A DNA stretch of 20,000 nt from Chiloscyllium plagiosum (Eukaryota), in assembly GCF_004010195.1 (NCBI RefSeq), contig NC_057757.1:8569276-8589275 (forward strand), written 5' to 3'. This document shows, one piece after another, positions 19,626 through 20,000 of this stretch (positions are counted from its first letter, which is position 1; each line of letters opens with the position of its first letter). The translations under genes and the position numbers were made by a program. The notes under the pieces were generated by a model. The model searched no databases and had not been told where the DNA came from. It was given only the letters and a program-made list of their open reading frames with translations.

Positions 19626-20000
19626 TTATCCACACTTTAGGAAATAAAAACACTTTTTTTAGTGTGTTACTGAAACATAAATGTGGCTATGTAAATGCAG
19701 TCATAAAACTTTTTTTTGCAACCTGAAATTGATCAAAGATTCACTTTGCTTCCAGTGCTAGAAATGCATAATTTTACCCTCGACACTCAGTAATATCGAT
19801 ATTCATCATAACTACACCTATTAACAATGCATAACAATTTATGTAAATGAATGGAATAACATTTCAAGGAAAAGGCTGATATTCTTTTGTGAATAAACTT
19901 TGAGGTTCATCTATTTGAAATGTTTACAATGATTAAAGGGTTGTAGAACGGACAGTGATAAACTATTCCCTCTTGTGGAAATTTACGGTCAAATAGCCAT

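Noticed and set aside
19600..19633. N-terminus MDNFLLFNFLT of the 309-aa ORF
   Set aside because: GTG start inside the intron's polypyrimidine tract. The true first exon is upstream, and no convincing candidate was seen in 19634-20000.

Overview
Eukaryotic DNA, almost certainly from a cartilaginous fish (shark-type SINE, CR1, Penelope and satellite families; taxon inferred, not verified). Two paralogous rhodopsin-class GPCR coding exons of the GPR139/GPR142-like type face each other at the window ends: <1..610 on +, and 18704..19599 on - starting at a clear splice acceptor. They are about 55% identical by eye, with the extracellular loops most diverged. The 18 kb between them is mostly repeats: two long, decayed, oppositely oriented CR1 LINEs, several CR1 3' fragments, three tRNA-derived SINE copies, a Penelope GIY-YIG fragment with several pseudo-LTR pieces carrying hammerhead-ribozyme cores, a Rex1/Babar 3' end nested in a CR1, three satellite families (33, ~70 and 26/30 bp), and a locally triplicated module with TG-rich and CA-rich arms around a conserved hairpin core. 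Most of the provided ORFs are transposon debris or chance frames.
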